A program made the translations under genes and the position numbers. This document shows, piece by piece, positions 1-9,914 of a stretch of 52,521 nucleotides of DNA (positions within the stretch are counted from its first letter, which is position 1; each line of letters begins with the position of its first letter). The notes under the pieces are model-generated. The model was not told the DNA's origin and did no database searches. It saw only the letters and a list, made by a program, of their open reading frames with translations. Source of the stretch: Phenylobacterium sp. (GTDB taxonomy: Bacteria > Pseudomonadota > Alphaproteobacteria > Caulobacterales > Caulobacteraceae); NCBI RefSeq assembly GCF_044372605.1, contig NZ_JBILRO010000001.1, positions 1 through 52,521 of the forward strand, read 5' to 3'.

Positions 1-1932
1 GGCTTCGGCGACATGTCGGGCGACGTGTTCGGCAACGGCATGCTGCTGTCGCGACAGATCCGGCTGCTGGCCGCCTTTGACCACCGCCATATCTTCCTTG
101 ATCCAGACCCTGACCCCGCAAAAAGCTACCTGGAACGCGAACGGATGTTCGCCCTGCCCCGCTCGTCCTGGGACGACTACAGCCGCAAGGCGATGTCGAA
201 AGGCGGTGGGGTCTTCGCCCGGTCACTGAAGACCATTCCGCTGACGCCGGAGGTCCGGACCATTCTGGGAACCCAGACCGAAAGCCTGTCGCCCGCCGAG
301 GTGATCAACCTGATCCTGAAAGCGCCCGCCGATCTGCTCTACCTCGGCGGTATCGGAACCTATGTGAAGGCCCGCCACGAGGGTCACGTCGACGCCGGCG
401 ACAAGGCCAATGACGCCGTCCGGGTCAACGGCGCTGATCTGCGCGTGAAGGTGATCGGCGAAGGCGCGAACCTGGGTCTGACCCAGGCCGGTCGGATCGA
501 GTTCGCCGAAGCCGGCGGCCGGGTCGAGACCGACGCCATCGACAACTCCGCCGGGGTGGATTCGTCGGATCACGAGGTGAACATCAAGATCACCACCGGC
601 ATCCTGGAACGCCAGGGCAAGTTGACGCGGGCGCAGCGTAACAGGTTGCTGCCGACCATGACCGGGGACGTCGCCAGCCTCGTGCTGGCCCACAACTACG
701 ACCAGACCCTGGCGCTCTCGCTGCTGGAGATGGACACCGTTCGCGAGCTGGAACCCCATGCCCGGTTCATGGTCGAGCTGGAGCAGGGCGGGCGGCTGGA
801 TCGCGCTGTGGAGGGGCTTCCCGATGCGGCGGTCATCGCCGAGCGGCGGAAGGCCGGCCGCGGCCTCTCGCGGCCGGAACTGGCCGTGCTGCTGGCCTAT
901 GGCAAGCTGGAGCTGAAACGCGAGATCGCCAGCACCCGGGCCACCGAAGACCCGTTCTTCGAGGGGCGACTGGAGGCCTATTTTCCAAAGCCGCTGCGAA
1001 AGTACCGGGAGGCCATCCACAGCCACCGGCTACGTCCGGATATCATCGCCACGGTGATCGCCAACGACATCGTCAACCGCTGCGGGCCCAGCTTCCCGAC
1101 ACGGACCATGACCTCGGCCAACTGCGATGTGACCGCCCTGATCAATGGCTATGAGGTCGCAAAGCAGGCACTGGACTTTGAACGCCTGTGGGCGGCGGTG
1201 GCGGCGCTGGATCTCAAGGTTCCCGCCGCCGGACAGATGGCGCTGTTCCGCCGTCTGAGCGCGGCGCTTCGGGGCGCCACCTTCTGGCTGGCGCGTCGGG
1301 CCGGGCGTGAAAACCTGGGGATCGCGGAACTGACCGCCCGCTATGCGCCAGGGTTCCGCAGCCTGAACGGCCTGATGCCGGATATCCTGTCCCCCGCCGA
1401 GCGCGGCTCCGTGGAGCTGCGGATCAGCGAGATCACCGATCTGGGCGCTCCGGCAGGCCTGGCGCAGGAAGTCTCGGTTCTGGGACCACTGACCAACGCC
1501 GCGGATCTGGTGGACCTGGCCGAGGCGTCCAGCTGGCCGCTGCCGAATGTGGCGCGGCTATACTACGCCACCGATGCCGCCTTCGCCTTTGACCGGCTGA
1601 GAACAGCAGCGGGGGAGTTCCGCGCCGGCGACATCTTTGAACGCACCGCGCTGCGGCGTCTGATCGAGGACCTCCTGGCGGAACAGGCGCAACTGACGCG
1701 CGCCATCATGACCTTCGCAGGCAACGCCCAGGCCGGCGACAGTGACGCCGAGGCGCGGCGCGCGGTGGTCGCCTGGTCAGCGCTGCACCCGGACCTGACG
1801 CTGGCGGCGAGCCGGACGGTCGGCGAGATCGAAGCCGGCGGCGCCTGGTCCTTCGCCAAGTTCACCATCGCCAACGCCGCGCTGCGGGAGCTGGCGGCGG
1901 AAGCCGCTATCGGCCGGAAGCGGCGGCGGTAG
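1..1932 (+). CDS. Large NAD-specific glutamate dehydrogenase (GdhB/GdhZ type), 5'-truncated by the window edge
   Basis: Open from base 1. Motifs GDMSGDVFGNGML, AAFDHRHIFLDPDP, GGIGTYVKA, GEGANLG and DAIDNSAGVDSSDHEVNIKI are typical of the large bacterial NAD-GDH. Confidence 0.93.
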   Translation, partial: GFGDMSGDVFGNGMLLSRQIRLLAAFDHRHIFLDPDPDPAKSYLERERMFALPRSSWDDYSRKAMSKGGGVFARSLKTIPLTPEVRTILGTQTESLSPAEVINLILKAPADLLYLGGIGTYVKARHEGHVDAGDKANDAVRVNGADLRVKVIGEGANLGLTQAGRIEFAEAGGRVETDAIDNSAGVDSSDHEVNIKITTGILERQGKLTRAQRNRLLPTMTGDVASLVLAHNYDQTLALSLLEMDTVRELEPHARFMVELEQGGRLDRAVEGLPDAAVIAERRKAGRGLSRPELAVLLAYGKLELKREIASTRATEDPFFEGRLEAYFPKPLRKYREAIHSHRLRPDIIATVIANDIVNRCGPSFPTRTMTSANCDVTALINGYEVAKQALDFERLWAAVAALDLKVPAAGQMALFRRLSAALRGATFWLARRAGRENLGIAELTARYAPGFRSLNGLMPDILSPAERGSVELRISEITDLGAPAGLAQEVSVLGPLTNAADLVDLAEASSWPLPNVARLYYATDAAFAFDRLRTAAGEFRAGDIFERTALRRLIEDLLAEQAQLTRAIMTFAGNAQAGDSDAEARRAVVAWSALHPDLTLAASRTVGEIEAGGAWSFAKFTIANAALRELAAEAAIGRKRRR

Positions 1933-1962
1933 AACTGTCGCGCCGAGGCGATTCAAGAGAGG

Positions 1963-3555
1963 TCAGTGCCGGAACACGCGCACGCCGGTGAACACCATGG
2001 CCAGGCCGCGTTCATCGGCGGCGTCGATGACCGCCTGATCACCGATGGAGCCCCCGGGCTGGATGATGGCGGTGCAGCCCGCATCCGCCGCCTGGATCAG
2101 GCCATCGGGGAAGGGGAAGAAGGCTTCCGAGGCGCAGGCCGAGCCCTTCAGGTCCAACCCGAAGTCGGCGGCCCGAAGCGCGGCGATGCGTGCTGAGTCC
2201 TTGCGGTTCATCTGGCCGGCCCCGATGCCGAGCGTCTGGCCAGCCCGCGCATAGACGATGGCGTTGGACTTGACATGCTTGGCCACCGTGAAGGCAAACA
2301 GCATGTCGGCCACCTCCTCTTTGGTCGGCGCACGGCGGGTGACCACCCTGAGGTCCGCCGGGGTCAGGCGCGCGGTGTCGCGGGTCTGGGTGAGGAAGCC
2401 GCCTGACACCGACTTGAACGTGCGTCCCGGAACGGAGGGGTCAGGCAGGCCGCCGGTCACCAGCAGGCGCACGTTCTTCTTCTTGCGGAACAGGGCGACG
2501 GCGTCGTCGTCAGCGGCCGGCGCGATCACGACTTCGGTGAAGACCTCCAGAAGCTGGGCCGCTGTGGCCGCGTCCAGCCGCCCGTTGAGCGCGACGATGC
2601 CACCGAATGCGCTGGTCGGGTCGCAGGCCAGGGCGCGCTGATAGGCCTCAAGCATGGTGGCACCGGTGGCCAGCCCGCAGGGGTTTGCATGTTTGATGAT
2701 CGCGCACGCTGGGCCGACCGCGGGGTCGAACTCGGCGATCAGCTCGAAGGCCGCGTCGGTATCGTTGATGTTGTTGTAGCTGAGTTCCTTGCCCTGCAGC
2801 TGGGTGGCCGTCGCCACGCCCACCGGCGGGTTGGGAAAGCGGTAGAAGGCCGCGTCCTGATGCGGGTTCTCGCCATAGCGCATGGTCTGGGCCAGCTGGC
2901 CGCCGATAGAGAATCGCGCGGGCGCAAACTCACCCAGCTCGTGGGCGAACCAGGAGGCGATCGAGGCGTCATAGGTGGCTGTGCGGCCATAGGCCCGCGC
3001 GGCGAGACGACGTCGCAGGGCAAGGGATGTGGCGCCGCCATCCGCCAGTTCGGCCAGCACCTCAGCCATATCCGCAGGATCGGTGCAGACCGCCACATAG
3101 CCGTGGTTCTTGGCGGCAGAGCGGATCATCGCCGGGCCGCCGATGTCGATGTTCTCGACGCAGGTATCGAAATCAGCGCCTGCCGCGACCGTCTGTTCGA
3201 ACGGGTAGAGGTTCACATAGACGAGGTCGATGGCGCCGATGCCGTGGAGTTCCATCGCCGCCCTGTGTTCCGGCGCGTCGCGCACGCCCAGCAGGCCGCC
3301 GTGAACCACGGGGTGCAGGGTCTTGACCCGCCCATCCATCATCTCGGGGAACCCGGTGAGATCGGCGATATCCTTCACCGGGAGACCGGCGTCGGCGATG
3401 GCCTTTCGGGTGCCGCCGGTGGAGACCAGTTCAACCCCCAGCGCCGCCAGGGTGCGCGCCGCCTCGACCAGCCCGGTCTTGTCGGACACTGACAAAAGCG
3501 CGCGGCGGACAATCACCCGATCGGGGGCGGGCGGGAAATCAGGGGCGGCGGGCAT
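1963..3555 (-). CDS. purH: Bifunctional AICAR transformylase/IMP cyclohydrolase
   Basis: [52 protein letters not shown] and C-terminal RVFRH. Confidence 0.98.
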   Translation of the reverse strand: MPAAPDFPPAPDRVIVRRALLSVSDKTGLVEAARTLAALGVELVSTGGTRKAIADAGLPVKDIADLTGFPEMMDGRVKTLHPVVHGGLLGVRDAPEHRAAMELHGIGAIDLVYVNLYPFEQTVAAGADFDTCVENIDIGGPAMIRSAAKNHGYVAVCTDPADMAEVLAELADGGATSLALRRRLAARAYGRTATYDASIASWFAHELGEFAPARFSIGGQLAQTMRYGENPHQDAAFYRFPNPPVGVATATQLQGKELSYNNINDTDAAFELIAEFDPAVGPACAIIKHANPCGLATGATMLEAYQRALACDPTSAFGGIVALNGRLDAATAAQLLEVFTEVVIAPAADDDAVALFRKKKNVRLLVTGGLPDPSVPGRTFKSVSGGFLTQTRDTARLTPADLRVVTRRAPTKEEVADMLFAFTVAKHVKSNAIVYARAGQTLGIGAGQMNRKDSARIAALRAADFGLDLKGSACASEAFFPFPDGLIQAADAGCTAIIQPGGSIGDQAVIDAADERGLAMVFTGVRVFRH

Positions 3556-3585
3556 CGCGGACTCCGGGCTTCAGGTGTGAAGGGA

Positions 3586-3657
3586 GCCCAGGCGAGCGGC
3601 AGGTGTCGTCATCGCGCTCCCCGGTGGTCACCCACCTCTATCGCCAGTCACGCGAGA
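3586..3657 (-). promoter_or_regulatory. ZMP/ZTP (pfl) riboswitch aptamer in the purH leader
   Basis: Minus strand reads CGCGUGACUGGCGAUAGAGGUGGGUGACCACCGGGGAGCGCG...GCCGCUCGCCUGGGC. This gives P1 (CGCGU/GCGCG), P2 (GGUGG/CCACC), P3 and a GGCGA/UCGCC pseudoknot. Location upstream of purH is canonical. Confidence 0.9.
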
Positions 3658-3667
3658 CAGGGCGGGA

Positions 3668-5422
3668 TTAGGCCCTGGACGACGTTACGTCAACGCGGGG
3701 AGGCGCCCCATCGATCAAATCTGCGGTCCGCGTAAACGCGGGTGAGGCCGTGGCCCCTGCCGGCCGCGCCGGAGACAACCGCCACCGCACCCGCGCGCCG
3801 GAATCAGCGCGACGCTGTCCTCGCAGAACCAGTTGCTGTCCAGGGCGGTCCGACCTGGGCGCAGGCTCCAGGTCCATATCCAGTAGGTCGTTGCGCAGCA
3901 CCCAGCCCTCCGCCTCGCCGGGTATGCGCAGCAGGACGCTGCGGCGATCCTGGGCGACCAGCGCCCTGACGCCAGGGTGAAGCTGAAACCGCAGGGCATA
4001 GGAGACGAAGTGCCGGCCATCCGGCCCCTGCGCGCGGGCCGTCGGCGTGAGCCGGTCCTCACCCCGGAGGTCGCCCGCCTCCAGGTCCAGATAGAGGCGC
4101 CGCTGATGGATCAGCCCATAGGCGCGGCTCCAGCCGTAGTGCGCCATATCCAGCCAGACCGCGCCGGGGGACTCATGGCGCTGGACCTCCACCAGGGTAT
4201 CAGCGTTCGCCAGTCTTGGCCCCAGGACGCGGGCCGGAAAGCCGGTGATCTCATCGCCAAGCCGGCCGTCGGCCACCTGGACGGAGGACGCCGTCTCCAG
4301 CGTTCGACCCGACTGGAACTCGATCAACCGATGTCCGCCGACCAGCACCTGTATAGCCAGCGGCGTGGCTGTCGCATGGGGACTCCATGGCCCGGACGCT
4401 GGGGGATCGGCATCGGCGATCACCTGCAGGCGTCGGGACTCCATCCGTTGATAGCCGCCCAGGGCGCTGTCCAGCGGCCGGTCACCGACAGCATCCAGAG
4501 CGCGGGCCGCCGCGACATAGGCCGCGTTGCGCAGGCCGCCGCCCTGGCCGGTCGCCAGTCCGCCATCGGCAAGCGTGAAGTATCGGACCGCGGCCGCCAG
4601 ACCATCGATCGCCCGCTGCACGGCCTCGGGTGCGGCCAGGCCCCGCTGGGCCATCGCCTCATCCAGGGTCTGGAGATCGAACAGCAGCTCGAGCGTCGTC
4701 GACGCCTTTCGCGACATGTGGGCGCCATCCGGCCGAACAGCGCGAGGAAGCGTCCGGGCCAGTCGCTCCAGCGCCCGATCCAGCAGTTTCGTCCCGGCCA
4801 CGCCTTTCAGGGCGACACCAGCCACCGCGGCGGCTGTGGCGCTCTCCGCAGCCCCCGGCCCGAAGCGTCGGCGCAGAAGGTCGCGGGCCTGCCGCGCGAG
4901 GTCGGCGGCGATCTGGGCGGTTTCGGCGTCGGAGGCGCGCGCGGTCAGGCTGGGGCCGGCGCAGGCCAGGTTGTAGACACGCCGGGCCATCACCTTGGGA
5001 TCCCAGGCAAAGCTGTTCCAGCGGCCGAACAGTCGGCGCCACTCCAACACCAGCCTCAGCGCCTCCGCTGCGCCCTCGGGACCAACCGCGATGAGGTCGG
5101 GCAACCAGTCGAACCGGTGCAGGGCCTCGGCAAATGGTCGATCGGGGCTGGGACGATCCCAGGGGTCGCCGCCGACGCCTATAGCCAGGGTTGCGCCGCC
5201 CAGTGCGAAGACGCCAGCCAGAACCCCGCGCCCAGCTTCGACATGAGCCGGTCTGTAGTCGCGCGGCTGCAGGGCGAATCCTTCGGGAGCTGGCCGGTTG
5301 GACATCCAGCGATACAGATCGGACCCGCGCCACTCCTCGGTGATCGCCCGGCCTGTGGCCACGGCAAGGGCCAGCGCCAGGTCCGACCCTGGAGGACGGC
5401 CAAGACGGGGTGAACCAGGCAC
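3668..5422 (-). CDS. Heparinase II/III family protein (alphaproteobacterial type)
   Basis: LHRFDWL, DGAHMSR and HQRRLYL...LRGEDRL...RFQLHP motifs; usual rpe-heparinase-purH context. GTG start chosen just after the rpe stop (uncertain). Confidence 0.75.
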   Translation of the reverse strand: MPGSPRLGRPPGSDLALALAVATGRAITEEWRGSDLYRWMSNRPAPEGFALQPRDYRPAHVEAGRGVLAGVFALGGATLAIGVGGDPWDRPSPDRPFAEALHRFDWLPDLIAVGPEGAAEALRLVLEWRRLFGRWNSFAWDPKVMARRVYNLACAGPSLTARASDAETAQIAADLARQARDLLRRRFGPGAAESATAAAVAGVALKGVAGTKLLDRALERLARTLPRAVRPDGAHMSRKASTTLELLFDLQTLDEAMAQRGLAAPEAVQRAIDGLAAAVRYFTLADGGLATGQGGGLRNAAYVAAARALDAVGDRPLDSALGGYQRMESRRLQVIADADPPASGPWSPHATATPLAIQVLVGGHRLIEFQSGRTLETASSVQVADGRLGDEITGFPARVLGPRLANADTLVEVQRHESPGAVWLDMAHYGWSRAYGLIHQRRLYLDLEAGDLRGEDRLTPTARAQGPDGRHFVSYALRFQLHPGVRALVAQDRRSVLLRIPGEAEGWVLRNDLLDMDLEPAPRSDRPGQQLVLRGQRRADSGARVRWRLSPARPAGATASPAFTRTADLIDGAPPRVDVTSSRA

Positions 5423-5432
5423 CGCGCGCCTG

Positions 5433-6095
5433 TCAGCCGCGAAGCGCGGCGATGTTGCCGGCATACTGCGCCGCCCCGCCGCGGAACACAGCAGTTCCCG
5501 CGACCAGGGCCGTGGCACCCGCCGCCACACAAAGCCTTGCCGTCTCCGGCGTGACCCCGCCGTCCACCTCCAGCGGGATGTCGCGACCCGTCGCGTCAAT
5601 CATGGCCCTCAGCGCGGTGATCTTCGCCAACTGGGAGTGCATGAACGTCTGGCCCCCGAAGCCGGGGTTGATGGACATCACCAGGATCAGGTCCACCTCG
5701 TCCATCATCCACTGGATCACCGCAGGATCCGTGGACGGGTTGAACACTACGCCGGCCTTTGCGCCGAGCTCACGGATTCGCTTCAGCGTGCGGTTCAGGT
5801 GCGGGCCCGCCTCGGGGTGGACGCTGATGTAGTCAGCGCCGGCCGCGCGGAACGCCTCGAGATAGGGATCAGCCGGCGAAATCATCAGGTGAACGTCAAA
5901 CGGGATCTTCGCGTGAGGCCTGAGCGCCTTCACGACGTCCGGGCCGATCGTGATGTTGGGCACGAAGTGCCCGTCCATCACATCCACATGCACCCAGTCC
6001 GCCCCGGCAGCCTCGATGGCGCGGACTTCCTCGCCAAGCCGCGCGAAATCGGCGGCGAGGATCGAGGGGGCGATGAGGGTCCTGGGGGCGGTCAT
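5433..6095 (-). CDS. rpe: Ribulose-phosphate 3-epimerase
   Basis: IAPSILAADFARLGEE, HVDVMDGHFVPNIT, DVHLMI, MSINPGFGGQ, EVDGG. Confidence 0.98.
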   Translation of the reverse strand: MTAPRTLIAPSILAADFARLGEEVRAIEAAGADWVHVDVMDGHFVPNITIGPDVVKALRPHAKIPFDVHLMISPADPYLEAFRAAGADYISVHPEAGPHLNRTLKRIRELGAKAGVVFNPSTDPAVIQWMMDEVDLILVMSINPGFGGQTFMHSQLAKITALRAMIDATGRDIPLEVDGGVTPETARLCVAAGATALVAGTAVFRGGAAQYAGNIAALRG

Positions 6096-6156
6096 GCCCC
6101 GGCATAACCTGATGCGGGCCGGCCTGCCAATGTTGGAGGACAGGCGACGAGCCGCC

Positions 6157-7143
6157 TCACAGCATCTGCGGCAACACCCGGTCCGGTGGCTTCTCGCCGT
6201 CCATCCAGACCTTGATGTTGATGATCACCTTCTCGCCCATTTCGACCCGCGCCTCGACGGTGGCCGAACCCATGTGCGGCAGCAGCACGGCGTTGGGGTT
6301 CTTCAGCAGTTTGGGATTCACCCGGGGTTCCTGCTCGAACACGTCGAGCCCGGCGCCGGCCAGGTCGCCGGAGGCCAGGAGATCCGCCAGGGCCACCTCG
6401 TCGATGATCTCGCCCCGGGCCGTATTGATCAGGATGGCGTGCTTCGGCATCAGTTTCAGTCGCCGCCCGGACAGCAGGTGATAGGTGGCCGGCGTGTGCG
6501 GTGAATGGACGGAGATGATGTCCATCCGGGCCAGCATCTGGTCCAGGCTGTCCCAGTAGGTGGCGCCCAGCTCCTCAGCCACCCGGGAGCTGACCGGTTT
6601 ACGGTTATGGTAGTGGATCTGCAGACCGAACGCCTTGGCGCGGCGCGCGACCGCCGTGCCGATCCGGCCCATGCCGATGATCCCCAGCCGTTTGCCGGTG
6701 ATTCGCCGGCCCAGCATCCAGGTGGGCGCCCATCCGGCGAATTCGCCGGACTGCACCGCGTTGGACCCTTCGATCACCCGGCGCAGGGTGACCATCATCA
6801 GGGTCATGGTCAGATCGGCGGTGTCTTCGGTGAGCACGCCGGGCGTGTTGGTGACCAGAATTCCCCGCGCGGCGGCGGCGGCCACGTCAATGTGATCGAC
6901 CCCGGCGCCGAAGTTGGCGATCAGCTTCAGCCGCTCTCCGGCCTTTTCGATCAATCCGGCGTCGATCCGGTCGGTTATGGTGGACGCCAGAACATCGCAT
7001 CGCCCCATCGCTTCGATCAGGGCCTTGCGGCTCATCGGCTCATCGGAGACGTTGAGTTCGGCGTCGAACAGTTCGCGCATGCGGGTCTCAACCGAGTCCG
7101 GCAGTCTGCGGGTGACGATGACTTTCGGCTTGCGGGGGGCCAT
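6157..7143 (-). CDS. D-2-hydroxyacid dehydrogenase (glyoxylate/hydroxypyruvate reductase-like)
   Basis: NTPGVLTEDTAD, Rossmann motif GIIGMGRIG, INTARG, GLDVFEQEP, PHMGSAT. Start taken at MAPRKPKVIVTRRLP. Confidence 0.9.
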   Translation of the reverse strand: MAPRKPKVIVTRRLPDSVETRMRELFDAELNVSDEPMSRKALIEAMGRCDVLASTITDRIDAGLIEKAGERLKLIANFGAGVDHIDVAAAAARGILVTNTPGVLTEDTADLTMTLMMVTLRRVIEGSNAVQSGEFAGWAPTWMLGRRITGKRLGIIGMGRIGTAVARRAKAFGLQIHYHNRKPVSSRVAEELGATYWDSLDQMLARMDIISVHSPHTPATYHLLSGRRLKLMPKHAILINTARGEIIDEVALADLLASGDLAGAGLDVFEQEPRVNPKLLKNPNAVLLPHMGSATVEARVEMGEKVIINIKVWMDGEKPPDRVLPQML

Positions 7144-7257
7144 GTGCCTACGAAAAAAGGATTGCTGCCGGCGCCGCTCCCGGGCGCTCAATTTCCGGAC
7201 CCTAGCAAACGGCGTGGGCAGGGCCAAGGCGGGGTGTGCGGCTTGAGCGATCAGCGG

Positions 7258-7752
7258 ATGAATCGAGTGGGTCTTGGCGCTGCGGCGGCGCTTTGCCTCG
7301 TGCCCTCAATGGCGGCGGCGGAGCGCCAGACGCCCTCCGGCTACGCCGTGCCGCGCTATATCACCCTGAAATTCGGCAATGTGAACGCGCGCGCCGGCCC
7401 GGGGGATGATCACAAGCTGTTGTTCGTCTATCGCGCCAAGGGCCTTCCCCTGCAGGTGATCGCCGAGACCACGGCATGGCGGCGGGTCTGTGACCCCGAG
7501 GGCCAGGTCGCCTGGATTCACAAACGCCTGACGGATGGGCGGCGCACAGTCATCAATGTCCGCAAGACGCCGGCGCCGATCTACCGCTCGGCCAAGGCCG
7601 ACGCCACGCCCACCGCCTATCTGAACGTACGCGCGATGGCCGAGCTGGACCGGTGCGAAAAAGGCTGGTGTCGCGTGAAGGTGCCAGGCGCCAAGGGCTG
7701 GGTCCCTGTGGGAAGCCTCTGGGGCACATCTGACGCTTTGCAATGTCGTTGA
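7258..7752 (+). CDS. Secreted tandem bacterial SH3-domain protein
   Basis: Signal peptide; TPSGYAVPRYITLK, VNARAGPG, WRRVCDPEG..WIHK and second repeat C..GWCRV...GWV. Confidence 0.8.
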   Translation: MNRVGLGAAAALCLVPSMAAAERQTPSGYAVPRYITLKFGNVNARAGPGDDHKLLFVYRAKGLPLQVIAETTAWRRVCDPEGQVAWIHKRLTDGRRTVINVRKTPAPIYRSAKADATPTAYLNVRAMAELDRCEKGWCRVKVPGAKGWVPVGSLWGTSDALQCR

Positions 7753-7807
7753 GGCGGCGGGCAGGCGTGTGCTAGGCCCTGTTGCTCTTTAGTTGAAAGC
7801 CTTCTCG

Positions 7808-8329
7808 ATGAGCGATCCGGCAGCCCGGCCTTCCAGCTTCTCCTATGAAGAGCTCATCGCATGTGGTCGCGGCGAGATGTTCGGACCCGGCAACGCCCAG
7901 CTCCCGGCGCCGCCGATGCTGATGTTCGACCGGATCACCGAAATCAACGCGGACGGCGGCCCGCACGGCAAGGGCCATATCGAGGCCGAGCTCGATGTGC
8001 GGCCAGGCCTGTGGTTCTTCGACTGTCATTTCATCAACGATCCGGTGATGCCGGGCTGCCTGGGTCTGGACGCCATGTGGCAACTGGTCGGTTTCTTCCT
8101 GGGCTGGAGCGGCGCGCCAGGGCGTGGCCGTGCGTTGGGCTGCGGGGAAGTGCGGTTCGCGGGTGAGGTCACCCCCGATATCCAGAAAGTGACCTACCGA
8201 ATCGACATGAAGCGCGTGATCCTTCGCCGGCTGGTCATGGGCATTGGCGATGCGGTGCTGCTTGCCGACGGCAAACCAATCTATGAGGCCAAGGATCTGC
8301 GGGTCGGCCTTTTCAGGGAACAAGGCTGA
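7808..8329 (+). CDS. fabA: 3-hydroxyacyl-ACP dehydratase/isomerase
   Basis: [44 protein letters not shown]. Confidence 0.97.
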   Translation: MSDPAARPSSFSYEELIACGRGEMFGPGNAQLPAPPMLMFDRITEINADGGPHGKGHIEAELDVRPGLWFFDCHFINDPVMPGCLGLDAMWQLVGFFLGWSGAPGRGRALGCGEVRFAGEVTPDIQKVTYRIDMKRVILRRLVMGIGDAVLLADGKPIYEAKDLRVGLFREQG

Positions 8330-8358
8330 AAGCCAACTCACGGGGAGAAGACGCTCTG

Positions 8359-9570
8359 ATGCGCCGCGTCGTCGTCACAGGGATGGGCATCGTCTCGTCC
8401 ATCGGAAACAACACCAGCGAGGTTCTGGCTTCACTCAGGGAGGCCAGGTCCGGCATCGTCGCCGCTCCGGAGTATGCCGAGCTTGGCTTCCGTAGCCAGG
8501 TTCACGCCCCGCCCCAGATCGACTGGGAGGCGATGGTGGACCGGCGCGCCGCGCGCTTCCTGGCCCAGGGCACAGGCTTTGGCCATATTGCGATGGAACA
8601 GGCCATCGCCGACTCCGGCCTTGAAGAGAACCAGGTCTCCAACGAACGCACGGGCCTGGTGGTCGGCGCGGGTGGGCCCTCGACCCGGGTGATTGTCGAA
8701 GCCGCCGCGACAGCGCGGGAGCGCGGTCCAAAGCGCGTGGGCCCCTTCGCGGTGCCCAAGGCCATGAGCTCCGGCGCCTCGGCGACGCTGTCGACATGGT
8801 TCAAGATCCGGGGTCTCAACTTCTCGATTTCGTCGGCCTGCGCCACCTCGGCCCATTGCATCGGCGTCGGATACGAGCAGATCCTGATGGGCAAGCAGGA
8901 TGTGGTGTTCGCTGGCGGCGTCGAGGAACTGGACTGGACCCTCAGCGTCATGTTCGACGCCATGGGCGCCATGAGCAGCAACTTCAACGCGACGCCGGCC
9001 GTGGCCAGCCGGGCCTATGACGTCAACCGCGACGGTTTCGTGATCGCAGGCGGCGCAGGCATCCTGGTGCTTGAAGAGCTGGAATACGCCAGGGCCCGGG
9101 GCGCGAAGATCTATGGCGAGATCGTGGGCTACGGCGCCAATTCCGATGGTTTCGACATGGTGGCGCCCTCCGGCGAGGGCGCGGCGCGGTGCATGAAGCT
9201 GGCGATGTCCACCATCGGCGGGCGGTCCATCGACTACCTGAACCCGCACGGCACCTCGACACCGGTGGGCGACATCAAGGAGATGGAGGCGGTTCGGTCC
9301 GTCTTCGGCGACAAGCCGCCGCTGATCTCCTCGACCAAGTCGCTGACGGGCCACAGCCTGGGCGCCGCCGGCGCGCAGGAGGCGATCTACAGCCTGCTGA
9401 TGCTGAACAACGGCTTCGCCTGTGAGAGCGCTCACATCGAGACCCTGGATCCGGCGTTCGCCGACATGCCCATCGTGCGCAAACGCGAAGACCGGGCTCT
9501 GGACACCGTTATGAGCAACTCGTTCGGTTTCGGCGGCACCAATGGCTGTCTGGTGATGGCTAGGATCTGA
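8359..9570 (+). CDS. fabB: Beta-ketoacyl-ACP synthase I
   Basis: [54 protein letters not shown]; follows fabA. Confidence 0.96.
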   Translation: MRRVVVTGMGIVSSIGNNTSEVLASLREARSGIVAAPEYAELGFRSQVHAPPQIDWEAMVDRRAARFLAQGTGFGHIAMEQAIADSGLEENQVSNERTGLVVGAGGPSTRVIVEAAATARERGPKRVGPFAVPKAMSSGASATLSTWFKIRGLNFSISSACATSAHCIGVGYEQILMGKQDVVFAGGVEELDWTLSVMFDAMGAMSSNFNATPAVASRAYDVNRDGFVIAGGAGILVLEELEYARARGAKIYGEIVGYGANSDGFDMVAPSGEGAARCMKLAMSTIGGRSIDYLNPHGTSTPVGDIKEMEAVRSVFGDKPPLISSTKSLTGHSLGAAGAQEAIYSLLMLNNGFACESAHIETLDPAFADMPIVRKREDRALDTVMSNSFGFGGTNGCLVMARI

Positions 9571-9582
9571 GGATCGGCGAGC

Positions 9583-9768
9583 GTGGAGCCGATCCCTCCG
9601 CTGCCCCGCCCGCCGGAGAAACCAGACCCGCAGACCTGCTGTCAGCGTGGCTGCTACCCGTGCATCTTCGACTACTATGACACGGCGCTTGAGCGCTGGG
9701 AGGCCCGCATCCACGCCCTGGGGCACGACCCGGTCGAGGTGATGGCGGCGTTCGGATCAATGCCGTAA
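9583..9768 (+). CDS. Small Cys-rich 'oxidoreductase-like N-terminal' domain protein
   Basis: Pro-rich start, then P..P..CCQRGCYPCIFDYY...W. GTG start 12 nt after the fabB stop. Confidence 0.75.
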   Translation: MEPIPPLPRPPEKPDPQTCCQRGCYPCIFDYYDTALERWEARIHALGHDPVEVMAAFGSMP

Positions 9769-9914
9769 TACGCGCATTAACAGCGATTTTCCCCCAATTA
9801 GGCGAGTCAACTTGCGGGTTGCGCGAAGTCGTGCTGCGCTAACGAGGTATGAACTCCATCAGTTGCGTTCAGAGTTCGCGTGCGTCCCCGCCAACCCGCA
9901 GTAGGATGATCATC

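Noticed and set aside
5298-9726. Long antisense or alternative-frame ORFs (e.g. 5298-6107 +, 8431-9726 -, also 20681-22843 +, 23964-25256 +, 45642-47273 -)
   Set aside because: Shadow ORFs opposite well-supported genes, expected in high-GC DNA; no recognisable motifs.
9777-9815. Possible sigma54 (GG...TTGC) and CtrA (TTAA-N7) sites upstream of the PEP-CTERM gene
   Set aside because: GG-to-GC spacing is 11 rather than the required 10, and the second CtrA half-site is TTTC.
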